Below, piece by piece: positions 28,195 to 38,764 of a DNA stretch of 64,000 nucleotides. The stretch is taken from positions 4,192,001 to 4,256,000 of the forward strand of contig OX638351.1 of assembly GCA_951813565.1 (NCBI GenBank). The letters are read 5' to 3'. The DNA comes from an uncultured Poribacteria bacterium (GTDB lineage: Bacteria > Poribacteria > WGA-4E > WGA-3G). Both the position numbers and the translations under genes were made by a program. Position 1 is the first letter of the stretch, and every line of letters begins with the position of its first letter. The notes below the pieces were generated by a model. The model did not search any database. It was not told the origin of the DNA and was given only the letters and a program-made list of their open reading frames with translations.

Positions 28195-29553
28195 ATGGAC
28201 ACTCGGACGACACATTTTGCTCAAATAGATTGCAAAATTAAAAACGTTAATGTTATAGATTTACGCGTACCTACATCGGATACACTGCTCGGTTCAGATC
28301 CATTCCACAAGAAACCAAACTATTCCGCAGTGCTAACCACTATAGAAACAAGCACAGTACATACCGGTATTTCAGTGGCTTTCACGGCTGGTGCGGGAAA
28401 CGATTGGATCGCTTACGGTGTTAAAGACCTCGCGCAACTTGTAACGGGGATGGAAATTGATACCTTCGTCAACGATCCGGGAGAATTTCACCGACTTCTC
28501 ATCGATCATCACCAGTTGCGTTGGCTTGCAGATGGGGTTAATCGGATGGCAATCGGCAGTATTGTCAATGCGATGTGGGACCTTTGGGCGAAACTGGTTG
28601 AAAAACCGTTATGGAAACTCCTTGTTGACTTGCCACCAGAAAAAATCGTACAGAGCATTGATTGGCGATATCTGCGAGATGCGTTGACACCAGATGAAGC
28701 ACAAGAAATTCTCAGCGAACATTGGGACAACCGTGAATCCCGTGAGGATGCTCTCTGTCAGAAGGGGCCGAAGGCATATTCCACTGCAGGTTGGCTCGGT
28801 TTAACAGACGAACAAATTATTGAGACAGTAAATCAGGTAAAAGCAGCCGGTCTTGATTGCTTTAAGATGAAAGTAGGTCAAGATTTAGATTTTGATAAGA
28901 AACGGCTTGCCTTTATTCGGGAGGCAATCGGCAACGATGCGCTTTTGATGCTGGATGCGAATCAGGTGTGGGGTGTTGATGAAGCAATCGCCCACATGGA
29001 GGCGCTTGTGGAATTCAAACCGACATGGATTGAAGAGCCAACAGCACGAGATGATGTTCTCGGCTTTGTGAAGATTGCACGTGCATTGGAAAAATATGGT
29101 ATCGGTGTTGCTGCAGGGGAGCAGGTCCCGTCACCTGTCATCTTCAAGCAGTTGATAACAAGTGATGCGATACAATTCTGCCAGATTGATGCAACGCGAC
29201 TTGGTGGTGTGAACGATGTGTTGGCAGTGATTCTGATGGCAGCAAAGTATAAAGTGCCTGTTTGTCCACATGGCGGTGGCATCGGTTTATGTAATATGAT
29301 TCAGCATTATGCTATGTGGGATCAAATTTGTGTTGCAGCACATTCAGATACACAGGTAGTAGAATATCTTAATTTTCTGCAAGATGACGTGTTCATTGAA
29401 CCGATTAAGATTAGAAATGGCGCGTATGTTGCGCCGACGGTGCCCGGATGGGGTCTTGAGATGTCCCCTGATTTTGTGGAAAAGCATACCTATCCGACTG
29501 GTTCAGTCTGGCAAGGCAGAGAGGAGTCAGGTGGGATAACGTTTTTGGCATGA
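28195..29553 (+). CDS. Enolase superfamily, L-fuconate dehydratase-like
   Basis: DLRVPTS..GSDP, AYSTAGWLG, KMKVG, MLDANQVW, WIEEPT, VCPHGGGIGLC. Confidence 0.85.
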   Translation: MDTRTTHFAQIDCKIKNVNVIDLRVPTSDTLLGSDPFHKKPNYSAVLTTIETSTVHTGISVAFTAGAGNDWIAYGVKDLAQLVTGMEIDTFVNDPGEFHRLLIDHHQLRWLADGVNRMAIGSIVNAMWDLWAKLVEKPLWKLLVDLPPEKIVQSIDWRYLRDALTPDEAQEILSEHWDNRESREDALCQKGPKAYSTAGWLGLTDEQIIETVNQVKAAGLDCFKMKVGQDLDFDKKRLAFIREAIGNDALLMLDANQVWGVDEAIAHMEALVEFKPTWIEEPTARDDVLGFVKIARALEKYGIGVAAGEQVPSPVIFKQLITSDAIQFCQIDATRLGGVNDVLAVILMAAKYKVPVCPHGGGIGLCNMIQHYAMWDQICVAAHSDTQVVEYLNFLQDDVFIEPIKIRNGAYVAPTVPGWGLEMSPDFVEKHTYPTGSVWQGREESGGITFLA

Positions 29554-29669
29554 TTGCATTAGCATGTCAAAACAGGTCTAATCATCAGGCTCTTGCTGCG
29601 GATTTAACTGCTTTTTAATATCTGTCAATGTTTTGTTCATGTCCGACAGAATTATCAAAACCTCACAGA

Positions 29670-29873
29670 TTATACGTAGCAATATTGGGTATAAATAAAC
29701 CAATAAAATCCTGTAAAGAAACCGTATTGCCAAGCGGAAAACCCAGGAAATAATCACACATTTTGAACAATTCGAAATACACCAACAATGAAACAGAAAT
29801 AAATGCCAATCCGAAACAGGACTGGAATGATGACCGGGATTAACATCTTCTTAAAATTGAGAAAATATTTCAT
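29670..29873 (-). pseudogene. Possible small membrane-protein gene interrupted by TGA
   Basis: MKYFLNFKKMLIPVIIPVLFRIGIYFCFIVGVFRIVQNV*LFPGFSAWQYGFFTGFYWFIYTQYCYV*. Confidence 0.3.
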
Positions 29874-29945
29874 GTAAATTTCCTTATCTAATTTGTTAGG
29901 ACATAATTCATCTGTTTTTTCGCTTCATTTGAAAAGGATTTTACT

Positions 29946-30863
29946 TCAACACCCGTCGTAAGGCTTTGCGTATCCTGATTCAATCATGTGTTCACCAACG
30001 TTAATCTCTTTTCCATCTTTCATGATATATATTTCACATTCAATTCCAACTTTATCATACCCATCTGCATCCCACCATGCCATCCAAATCATGTTTTTAA
30101 TAGTAATTTGATTGTTTGCCTCCCGTATCAACTTTTTGAGATATTCTGTTGCCCCTTCAATCCCTTCGGTTGAAATACCGGTAATCCGCAAATCTGCCTG
30201 AGCAAAAATACCTTGAGGTGTCAGTTGGATTGCAGGCCAAATATATTTAGGTTTAGAAATAAAATCTTCAGGTAGCGGATGCAGCGGAATCATGGTGTCA
30301 TGAATCCTTTCATTCCATATCCTATTAGAATTCTCAAGCTTAACCTGAAAAACCTTCTGAGACAATTTGCCAACGTCAAAATATCCATTGATCACTTTTA
30401 TCTCTTCGTTTTCCTTGATGGTATAAATATCAACTTCCATTGAAAATGGATTTTGATAGATAAAATGGTCGTATGACCAATGACTCCAACGTATCTTTTT
30501 TAGCAGAATTTTCTGATTAGCATCCTTAAAGAAATATCCAACCCCGCGTGTAATTGCTGCATAGTCCTCCGTACTTCCCAGCTGGATGTCTAAATCTGCT
30601 ACAATCTCTTTAGGTGTGAGTTTGATAGAGGGCCAAATCTCTATCGGTTTTTTTATAAAACCATCTGGTAGTGAATGCAAAGAAAGATTAACACTTGTAA
30701 GAGTGTCCCGATTTTCAATTCGCGCTAAGCTTTGGAAGGTTCCTATATAAACGCTTTCACCTGGCCGCTGATTATTAAATTGTCCAACGACTGAACCGAC
30801 CGTGACAAAACACAATGTAGCAATTATGATTATTTCTGAAAATTTTCTCATTGCAAAACTCAC
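29946..30863 (-). CDS. Secreted hypothetical protein with internal duplication, thermonuclease-like
   Basis: Signal peptide; two similar halves; C-terminus INVGEHMIESGYAKPYDG. Confidence 0.6.
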   Translation of the reverse strand: MSFAMRKFSEIIIIATLCFVTVGSVVGQFNNQRPGESVYIGTFQSLARIENRDTLTSVNLSLHSLPDGFIKKPIEIWPSIKLTPKEIVADLDIQLGSTEDYAAITRGVGYFFKDANQKILLKKIRWSHWSYDHFIYQNPFSMEVDIYTIKENEEIKVINGYFDVGKLSQKVFQVKLENSNRIWNERIHDTMIPLHPLPEDFISKPKYIWPAIQLTPQGIFAQADLRITGISTEGIEGATEYLKKLIREANNQITIKNMIWMAWWDADGYDKVGIECEIYIMKDGKEINVGEHMIESGYAKPYDGC

Positions 30864-30929
30864 TACAGTTTACTGTAGAACTGATTTTTTACAACACCAT
30901 ATAAATACACACCATCGCCACTATTAAAG

Positions 30930-31685
30930 TTATGGTTTCGCACTTTCCGCTTGTTGTTTGTATGCAGCTGCACCCGATGAAATCCATCCGCCGACACTAA
31001 CAAGCAGAAACTGCACACCAGCTTTGACATATTTCTCAACGGTATTATCCAGCGCCAGTGTCCCTGCGACGCGCCCCCCATCTTGAATACGTGCCAATGC
31101 CGAATCAATAGTGTTTTGCACATCGGGGTGGTTATGATTACCGATGTGTCCCATTGATGTCGCTAAATCTGAGGGTGCTACAAAAAACACATCTATATGG
31201 TCAACAGTAAGAATCTCATCCAAATTGTTTACGGCGACAATATCTTCGATAAGAACAACGAGTAATGTCTGTGAGTTAGCAACGTCAAAATAGTCGTCCA
31301 CGCCATACCCTTGGCGACTTGTGAACATACCTCGGTGTCCAATAGGCGCGAACTTTCCGCCATCAACAACGTTTTGTGCTTCCGCTTTTGTATTAACATG
31401 CGGCACGACAATCCCCATCGCGCCGCAATCCAAGGTGCGGTAGATGAGTGCTTGATCGTTGCGATTGACACGCACTACAGACGTCATGCCCCACAAATCA
31501 CATGCACGTGTGAGATTACCGAGGTTTGTAGCATCTACATTGCCATGTTCACCTTCTAACCACACGCCATCAAATCCATTGGGACCGAAAGCATCTATAT
31601 CATCTGTGTTTGTCAATCCCGCGATGATATACGCAAGTTCGCCAGATGCCAATTTCTGTTTAACTCGATTGGGTCTTATTTCCAT
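30930..31685 (-). CDS. HpcH/HpaI aldolase family protein
   Basis: GFDGVWLEGEHG, LDCGAMGIVVPHV, LIED, FVAPSDL. Confidence 0.9.
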   Translation of the reverse strand: MEIRPNRVKQKLASGELAYIIAGLTNTDDIDAFGPNGFDGVWLEGEHGNVDATNLGNLTRACDLWGMTSVVRVNRNDQALIYRTLDCGAMGIVVPHVNTKAEAQNVVDGGKFAPIGHRGMFTSRQGYGVDDYFDVANSQTLLVVLIEDIVAVNNLDEILTVDHIDVFFVAPSDLATSMGHIGNHNHPDVQNTIDSALARIQDGGRVAGTLALDNTVEKYVKAGVQFLLVSVGGWISSGAAAYKQQAESAKP

Positions 31686-31886
31686 TATGTTCTCTCTTTT
31701 ATAGTAAATTAACAATTAACGATATACTATTGTGTAACGTGTTTATAAAACGTCTTATAGTTTTGATCATAAGTCGCGAGCTGGAACTCGCTCCTACAGA
31801 AAGAGGCACAATGAATTGCGCGACTACAAACACATCATTTTTACAGAAAATTGCTTAGTATTTGTAAGTTTCACTATTGTAGGTTT

Positions 31887-33206
31887 TCAAACAAGGAATT
31901 TTGCTGGTAGCACTTGATGTGCTGTATCAATTACTAACTGTTCAACACCGGGTGCAAACCGAGTAGGCTGACCGAAATATATCATTGCACCGCCACCTTC
32001 ATATCCGCCTTCAGCTAATACCCGTTCTGATGGGATATAGCCGGGAAAAGCGTTTGCGTAAGCACCTACCCATAGCCTCGTCACGTCAAACTCCCGTTTC
32101 AGACGTAACGAAAAATCTACTACCACCTCACTTGCAAGGAACAGAACAGCTAACTCATCACCGAACGTCCACGCTTGTATCGGATAAGAGATTTCGGTTT
32201 TGATTGCTTGTCCTTTCTGCAACATTTCAAGATGTTTTTGAGCATGGTATGCGGGTGCACCCCCTTGTGCAGCACGTGCTTCCCACTCCTCACGGGTTGG
32301 AAGTTTATCAAAGGGCAAATTTACTCTCTGAAACACACCTATAGGCACATTGGAAATGTTGATTGCATCTCGTTCAAGTTGGTGTTCTACCTCTTGCGCA
32401 AGTGCCTTTCCGTGTTCTTTGGCATAAGCGAGACGTGTTTCAAAAACCTCCTGTTTTCCTTCAGGCATCGGTCGCATCCGTGACTCTGGGTTCGCATCAG
32501 CACCACATCCAATTGTTATTAGTGCGGTTACGTCGGGATGTGCCTTTTGAATTTCCTCCTGCGCATATCCTGCCCAGTCTCCGCAGATATGGTTATCCGC
32601 ACCTGCTAACGTTGTGCAATGGCAAGCATAACTTGCCCATACCGCGCGCAAAGTGCCATCTGCATCGGTTATCTGCATCACTGGTAATGAATGGTCTACA
32701 GGTCCACCATCTGTGCGTCTATTTTTCGCAAAACCGAGTTCACCGATGTTCCATGCTAATCGGCAAGGTTGTCGTCTTGTGAGTGCCTCCAGCGCAATGG
32801 TTTCCATCCAGTTAGAAAGTTGACGCGTATAGCGGTCAATCTTTTCTTGTTCCTCTGGTGAAATATCTGCGCTGAAGATGAACGATGCAGCGTTTGTGAG
32901 ACACGGTGCGCTGTGGGTATGTGTGTAGCACGCTACGAAATTCTCTCGCGGGATTCCTGTTTTATTTTTCACGCGTTCGGACACTTCTTCGGTTAACTCA
33001 TCAGGTAAGCCGCAGTTTTCTACGGTTATCATTACCACAGGACCATCTTCATCGCTACCAATAGCAAGTGCTTTTGCCCATATCCGCTGAATAATTCCCT
33101 CGGATTCTGCTCGCCTACTTCCATACCCATTGAGCCGAATTGGGTAATCTGGGGTAATATCTATTTGTGCAACGCCAACTTCAATGAGATTTTCTTTGTC
33201 TGCCAT
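31887..33206 (-). CDS. Neutral/alkaline ceramidase-like amidohydrolase family protein
   Basis: DITP, THTHSAP, NRR, YACHCT, YIPS...GGYE. Confidence 0.8.
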   Translation of the reverse strand: MADKENLIEVGVAQIDITPDYPIRLNGYGSRRAESEGIIQRIWAKALAIGSDEDGPVVMITVENCGLPDELTEEVSERVKNKTGIPRENFVACYTHTHSAPCLTNAASFIFSADISPEEQEKIDRYTRQLSNWMETIALEALTRRQPCRLAWNIGELGFAKNRRTDGGPVDHSLPVMQITDADGTLRAVWASYACHCTTLAGADNHICGDWAGYAQEEIQKAHPDVTALITIGCGADANPESRMRPMPEGKQEVFETRLAYAKEHGKALAQEVEHQLERDAINISNVPIGVFQRVNLPFDKLPTREEWEARAAQGGAPAYHAQKHLEMLQKGQAIKTEISYPIQAWTFGDELAVLFLASEVVVDFSLRLKREFDVTRLWVGAYANAFPGYIPSERVLAEGGYEGGGAMIYFGQPTRFAPGVEQLVIDTAHQVLPAKFLV

Positions 33207-33284
33207 TTGGTTTTCCTTTCTAATTTCCTGCGAAATATTTTGCTACGAACTCATCTACTAAATTAACCAATAGACTGATATTTT

Positions 33285-34202
33285 TTACTCCACTTCCATA
33301 GCATCAGCAAAAACATCCTCAAGAGAATGTTTTACCTCCCGCAATTGCCGAAGTTGGACACCTGTTTCATGCGCCAATTTGAAAAAGAACGTGCCTTCTG
33401 TTTGATCTGTTGCTTTCGATGTTACGCGGACGTGTCCGTCTGGGCGTAACTCCGTATCGTAAGGATAACTTTCTAAGGCGGCAACGTAAGCATCACGATC
33501 ACCAACAATTTTCAGGTCAAACGCTTGTCCGTGATTCTTTCTGAGTTCTTCTATATTTCCCTGAATAACAAGACTTCCGTGAGAAAGCGCCATTACGTGA
33601 TGACATGCAGACTCTACATCAGGCAAAAGATGGGAAGATAAGAGGACATCAATTCCCTTATCCGATGAAATGTCTTTTACAAGCAAAAGCATCTCCTCTC
33701 TTCCACTTGTATCCATGCCATTTGTCGGTTCGTCAAGCAGTAGTAATTTCGGATCATGCACTAATGCTTGCGCTAACTTAACACGTTGCCGCATACCTGT
33801 TGAATATCCGCTGATGGGACGGTAGCGTTCCTCATCAACACCGACATAATACAGCACTTCGTGTGAACGTTGCATCGCATCACGCGACGGCATACCACAG
33901 AGTTGACCTGCATAAGCCACCAGTTGAACGGCATTCATATGCGGGATTAAACAGTTATCTTCAGGCATATATCCAACTTGTTGCCGGATCCGCACTTGTT
34001 CGGTTTGCACATCCAGTCCGAACACTTTTGCTTCACCTCGTGTTGGTTGGATAAAACCGAGGAGCATCTTAATCAACGTGCTTTTTCCAGCACCGTTAGG
34101 ACCCAATAATCCGACAGCACCGCCTTCTAATTCTACTGAAAGATCGTCCAAAGCAGGATTAGTGCCAAAAAAGACTGAGGTGTTTATTATTTCTATTAGC
34201 AT
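33285..34202 (-). CDS. ABC transporter ATP-binding protein
   Basis: GPNGAGKST, YSTGMRQR, LLDEPTNGMD, SSH. Confidence 0.9.
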   Translation of the reverse strand: MLIEIINTSVFFGTNPALDDLSVELEGGAVGLLGPNGAGKSTLIKMLLGFIQPTRGEAKVFGLDVQTEQVRIRQQVGYMPEDNCLIPHMNAVQLVAYAGQLCGMPSRDAMQRSHEVLYYVGVDEERYRPISGYSTGMRQRVKLAQALVHDPKLLLLDEPTNGMDTSGREEMLLLVKDISSDKGIDVLLSSHLLPDVESACHHVMALSHGSLVIQGNIEELRKNHGQAFDLKIVGDRDAYVAALESYPYDTELRPDGHVRVTSKATDQTEGTFFFKLAHETGVQLRQLREVKHSLEDVFADAMEVE

Positions 34203-34210
34203 TTTTTATA

Positions 34211-35326
34211 TTATGAATAAATACGGTTTACACGTTTTGCTATACTTGTCAAAATTCTATATGGAATTGTATTGGCTCGGTCAGCTACTTCATAAATTGT
34301 TATTTCTTCACTTCCCTGTTTCCCAATCAGGACAACTTCGTCACCTACTGCTACATTATCTGAGGGTTCTAACTGAACTACCATCATGTCCATGCAGATA
34401 AGTCCAATTATCGGATAGCGCCTCCCACCAATTAACACCTCACCAATACCTGAAAGTGCTCGCGGATAACCATCGCCAAAGCCAACTTGTATCCCTGCCA
34501 CACGGGTTCGAGACGATGCTTTATATGTCAGTCCATAGCTGACACCTTCTCCCTGTTCAATAAAATCTATCCAACCGACACGCGCCTTCCACATCAGCGC
34601 AGGTTGCAGCTGGATCGGTTTTTCGTTTGCGGGATAGATTCCGTATAGACTTAAGCCGGGACGCACAGCGTCTAAATGAGATTCAGGTATCGCCAAAGCC
34701 GCTGCACTGTTTGCAGCATGCGTCATCGGTATATTCGGAATGTTCGCAAGCACGCAAGAAAAGCGATTTAGTTGAAGGTGTGCGAAACTGTTATCAGTTT
34801 GATGGGCAGTTGCAAAGTGTGTAAAAATACCTTCGACCTCAAGATACTGCAATGTTTTTAGTTTTCTCAGGAACACCGCCGCTTCAGTATAGCGAACCCC
34901 GCTTCGATTCATCCCCGTGTTAACATCAACGTGGACTTTTACTTTTTTTTTACCCGCAAGTTGCAATTGCAAGTGTTTATCGTCTAAAACTTTGTTCAAC
35001 CGTAACGCCAAAGTGAAATTATCAATCGCAGGAGTCAAGTCGTAGGCTACAATTTCTTCTGCCAAATCTGGCAAAGGAGAAAACAGGATAAGTATAGGTT
35101 TTCGGATACCTGCCTCACGTAGTTCAATGCCTTCCGCAACCGTTGCCACTGCGAACATATCAGCGATTGTGTGCAACGCCTCTGTAACAGCAATAGCACC
35201 GTGTCCGTAGGCATCCGCTTTAACAACAGCGATTAACTGTCCTCCCGTCCGTGCCTTTATCGCTTTAGCATTGGCTTGAATCGCCTTGAGGTCAACTTCT
35301 ACGTTTGTTTGAATGCTTGTCTCCAA
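34211..35326 (-). CDS. alr: Alanine racemase
   Basis: AVVKADAYGHG, NTGMNRSG, THFA, HAANS, VSYG, CMDM; probable TTG start at 35326. Confidence 0.95.
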   Translation of the reverse strand: METSIQTNVEVDLKAIQANAKAIKARTGGQLIAVVKADAYGHGAIAVTEALHTIADMFAVATVAEGIELREAGIRKPILILFSPLPDLAEEIVAYDLTPAIDNFTLALRLNKVLDDKHLQLQLAGKKKVKVHVDVNTGMNRSGVRYTEAAVFLRKLKTLQYLEVEGIFTHFATAHQTDNSFAHLQLNRFSCVLANIPNIPMTHAANSAAALAIPESHLDAVRPGLSLYGIYPANEKPIQLQPALMWKARVGWIDFIEQGEGVSYGLTYKASSRTRVAGIQVGFGDGYPRALSGIGEVLIGGRRYPIIGLICMDMMVVQLEPSDNVAVGDEVVLIGKQGSEEITIYEVADRANTIPYRILTSIAKRVNRIYS

Positions 35327-35342
35327 ATCAATTTCCTGTGTG

Positions 35343-36095
35343 TTAACGGACCTCAGATATTGTGCCTTCAACCCCAACCAACGTCAGCTTCTGTAACAAC
35401 CATGCATCTTCCATAACGTTGACTACCTCAAGTGTTAATGAAAGTTCATAATTTCCCGGTACAGTTAGAACTGATGAGACATCTACCTCATCTGCAATTG
35501 TTAACGGCCCTTCAGGTTGTACAACACCAATTGCGCGATTTCGGACAACAGAAACACCGTTGATAGCAATGCTCAGAAATGCACCTGCGCGCGCTGTCTC
35601 CTGAAGTATTTCATATCGCAACCTGATGTTATCACGAAACAACTCTTCTACGTTCAACCGATATGTCAAAGTTTGCATGAAGGTATTTCCTTGCCAATAA
35701 CGGTTTGGCATCGCAACAATAGCATGACCGATATTTACTTCAATCAAAATGTCATGACGTTCCGTTACTGTTCCATCAGACACTTCAAGCGATATCGTAT
35801 AAGAGCCAGCGGATTCAGGTGCAACATAAACCACGCTTGTGCCATCACCTACAATCCTTCCACCGCTTGCTTGCCATTCGTAAACCAGCACTGCTGAATC
35901 TCCAGAATAATTCACTGTTGCCATGATAGTTGTGGTATCACCGATATTGAGCGTTTGAGACTCAGATTCTAAATCAATATCAAGTATCTCCTCGTCTATG
36001 CCCAACAAGTTGTTTGTATCACAAGCCGATATTAGACTTACTGCAAATAATAGACACAGAATTTGGATATAAGATAGAAGTTCTTGGATTTTCAT
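35343..36095 (-). CDS. Lipoprotein with PKD/Ig-like domain
   Basis: Start MKIQELL, ISAC lipobox, YEWQASGG..G....YVAP...GSYTISLEVSDG. Confidence 0.7.
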   Translation of the reverse strand: MKIQELLSYIQILCLLFAVSLISACDTNNLLGIDEEILDIDLESESQTLNIGDTTTIMATVNYSGDSAVLVYEWQASGGRIVGDGTSVVYVAPESAGSYTISLEVSDGTVTERHDILIEVNIGHAIVAMPNRYWQGNTFMQTLTYRLNVEELFRDNIRLRYEILQETARAGAFLSIAINGVSVVRNRAIGVVQPEGPLTIADEVDVSSVLTVPGNYELSLTLEVVNVMEDAWLLQKLTLVGVEGTISEVR

Positions 36096-36127
36096 ATTGA
36101 TATTATACCATAATTTGAAGTAATTGG

Positions 36128-36901
36128 TTAACTCGTTTGCGTGTTTCGTCCTCGAAACCACAGGAATAGTAAGATTAGGACAATTGAATTCACTAACAAC
36201 ATCGTTGAAATAGCGTTGAGTTCTGGTGTAATGCCAAACTTTAGACTTGAGTAGATATGGACTGATAGCGTTGTAGACCCAACGCCTGCGGTAAAGAAAG
36301 TGATAACAAAGTCGTCTATTGAGAGTGTGAAAGCGAGCAGTGCGCCGCCGATGATACCGGGCGCGATAAGCGGGAACGTAATCCGCCAAAATGTTTGCCA
36401 TCGGTTTGCGCCAAGATCGAGTGCTGCTTCCTCAACCGTGTGATCATAACCCTCCAAACGCGCCCGGACAACAATGGTAATGTATGCGATATTGAAGACT
36501 ACGTGTGCTAAAATAACCGACGTTAATCCACGCGGAAATTTGACCTGCACGTAAAATGTCAATAATGCAATTGCCAAAACAATATCTGGAATAATGAGTG
36601 GTAGATAGAGAACACGGGTTAAGGCAGTGCGAATCCGAAACCGATATTTTTCTATTGCGAGCGCTGCAGCGGTTCCGATGATAGTTGAAATGAAAGTTGC
36701 AATCCCTGCGATAATCAAGCTATTTTTACAGGCACGCCAGACATCAGGATTCTTAAACAGTTTCGCATACCAGCCGAGCGAGAAACCTTCCCAAACCGAA
36801 ATCTGATCCCCACTGTTGAATGAGAATATCACAACAACTAAGATCGGGACATAGAGAAAAAGAAAAACAAAAAATATGTTGATTTCAAGAAGTCGTTTCA
36901 T
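36128..36901 (-). CDS. potC: Spermidine/putrescine ABC permease
   Basis: LYVPI...FSFN, EEAALDLGA, FTLSIDDF, PELNA. Confidence 0.85.
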   Translation of the reverse strand: MKRLLEINIFFVFLFLYVPILVVVIFSFNSGDQISVWEGFSLGWYAKLFKNPDVWRACKNSLIIAGIATFISTIIGTAAALAIEKYRFRIRTALTRVLYLPLIIPDIVLAIALLTFYVQVKFPRGLTSVILAHVVFNIAYITIVVRARLEGYDHTVEEAALDLGANRWQTFWRITFPLIAPGIIGGALLAFTLSIDDFVITFFTAGVGSTTLSVHIYSSLKFGITPELNAISTMLLVNSIVLILLFLWFRGRNTQTS

Positions 36902-37095
36902 TTTTAACTGATCTGTAGAATTAGGTGTATTTTACCTATAATTTGATTTTCTGCTTAAGATTCTTCTTGTAGGAGCGAGCTCCAGCTCGCGACTTTCCAA
37001 CTCAAATGTCTAAAAAGCCAAAAACTATAGTGAACTTGTCTTGGAAAGATAATGGACAATAGAAGTTTGCGCTACAGAAGTGTCCCATTAATTAT

Positions 37096-37225
37096 ACTAT
37101 ACTTTGGACAATTTTAGCTGTTTTCGTGAGGTTGGGTTAGAAAAAAAACATCTAGTTTTCATATTGGACACCTAACAGTTTCTCAGCAAGTCCTCGAACA
37201 ATATGTAAATTGTCCAAACTATAGT
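37096..37225. mobile_element. Miniature TIR element (ACTATA-TTTGGACAATTT family) between potB and potC
   Basis: ACTATACTTTGGACAATTT / AAATTGTCCAAACTATAGT (18/19) with 6-bp direct repeat AATTAT on both flanks. Confidence 0.8.
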
Positions 37226-37283
37226 AATTATAGGTCTTACTATAAATTACCTCAACAATATTAGACGAGATATAGATACATCT

Positions 37284-38132
37284 TTAAGTTTCCGCAGATT
37301 CACTGCCTTGCAAAGCACGAAAATATAACACAGTCCCCGCAAGCACTACAGCCATAAGCATAAAAGAGAGCGCAGAGCCAAATGGAAAGTCGCGCGCGGT
37401 TTTGAATTGTCGTTCAATTACATTGCCGATAAAACTCACTTTTCCACCCCCAAGGATGTCAGGTGTTAGAAATGCCCCGACCGTAGGAATAAAAACTAAC
37501 ATTGACCCCGCAAGTATACCGGGTAGGCTAAGCGGTAAGGTAACATGCCAAAAGGCATGACGTGGCGATGCGCCCAAATCCTTCGCTGCATCTATTAGAG
37601 ACAAATCCAACTGCTCTAATGCAGCGTATAGCGGGAGAATCATAAACGGCAGATAACCGTAAACTAATCCTATCTGCACTGCGAAGGGTGTATTGAGGAG
37701 TTCTAAGGGTTGAAAACCGGGAATTAGTAGCGCAAGAAAACTATTTAGAAGTCCTTCTGTACGTAAGATCAGTATCCACGCGTAGGTGCGAATCAGGAAG
37801 TTTATCCAAAATGGCACTACGACAAGTAGTAACAACACATTTCGCCATTTTGGTTTGTAGTATGCCAGATAATATGCGAATGGATAGCCAACAATTAGAC
37901 AAATTGCTGTGCAGACGAATGCTGTTGATACTGAACGCCAAAGGATACCGAGATAGAGTCCATCAAACAAACGTTGATAGTTTTCCAACGTGAAGTTCCA
38001 CTCTATTCCACCGTAGGTGCCGCGCTCCAGAAAACTATAAATGAGGACAGAGATGAGGGGTAAAAAGAAGAAACAGATGAGCCAGAAGATAACGGGGGAG
38101 AGTAGGATGAGGAGGCGGTAATTACGACGCAT
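37284..38132 (-). CDS. potB: Spermidine/putrescine ABC permease
   Basis: PFWINFLIRTYAW, YLPFMILPLY, DAAKDLGA, PFGSA. Confidence 0.88.
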   Translation of the reverse strand: MRRNYRLLILLSPVIFWLICFFFLPLISVLIYSFLERGTYGGIEWNFTLENYQRLFDGLYLGILWRSVSTAFVCTAICLIVGYPFAYYLAYYKPKWRNVLLLLVVVPFWINFLIRTYAWILILRTEGLLNSFLALLIPGFQPLELLNTPFAVQIGLVYGYLPFMILPLYAALEQLDLSLIDAAKDLGASPRHAFWHVTLPLSLPGILAGSMLVFIPTVGAFLTPDILGGGKVSFIGNVIERQFKTARDFPFGSALSFMLMAVVLAGTVLYFRALQGSESAET

Positions 38133-38227
38133 TTACTGTTTCAAAAACTGGCGGATATTGTTTTGAATATTTCACGGCTCTGTGTTTTCAAGAATATTCC
38201 AGTTACCAATTTTGCTTTAGTCGGTAA

Positions 38228-38764
38228 TTAGGTGCGTCTTTGCTCACGTCTTTCATACAAATGGCGGATGTTTTCCTCACATAGAAATTCAACAACCAAT
38301 CCGTTTTCAGCAAAAACCTCTTGCGATCCATACCATTGACTATCCACAGATTGTAGAATCGTTGCCTTTTGATGATGCTCATCCTCATACATAACTGCTA
38401 CAGCAATAAACTTTTTGTCGTCCGAGTCAAATTCAGTAAACGCTTCGGGTAACTCTTCAAAACCAACTCCATCTTCGGATGGTGTAATGCGGACTTGCAC
38501 GCACTGCTCCGGGTTCTGATAATTTCGGATGAACCATTCCAAAAAGTGTCCACCGTTCCGCTCGTTCGTCGTCGAATCGTCATCGTCAAGATAATCTATA
38601 TACTCTCCGAGAATTATCCTTTTATCATCAATAACGACTTTTTCGGTTCCATCAATAATCTTGTCTAACCGCTCCTGACATGCTGCAACACACTCGTCCC
38701 ACGCTTGTTCAGACATCCCTTTTGCGACAAGGATAACGTTCGTATCTATAACAACAGCGTCCAT
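38228..38764 (-). CDS. PIN-domain-like nuclease
   Basis: VVIDTNV, ILGEY, DSDDKKFIAVA, SVDS acidic motifs; start overlaps the ATPase stop (TAATG). Confidence 0.7.
   Translation of the reverse strand: MDAVVIDTNVILVAKGMSEQAWDECVAACQERLDKIIDGTEKVVIDDKRIILGEYIDYLDDDDSTTNERNGGHFLEWFIRNYQNPEQCVQVRITPSEDGVGFEELPEAFTEFDSDDKKFIAVAVMYEDEHHQKATILQSVDSQWYGSQEVFAENGLVVEFLCEENIRHLYERREQRRT

Noticed and set aside
29754..29756. In-frame TGA as selenocysteine
   Set aside because: Hydrophobic context, no Cys motif, no evident hairpin; more likely a nonsense mutation or non-coding DNA.
36096..36401. N-terminal 102 aa of the 352-aa ORF
   Set aside because: Overlaps potC in another frame; the lipoprotein signal starts at 36095.
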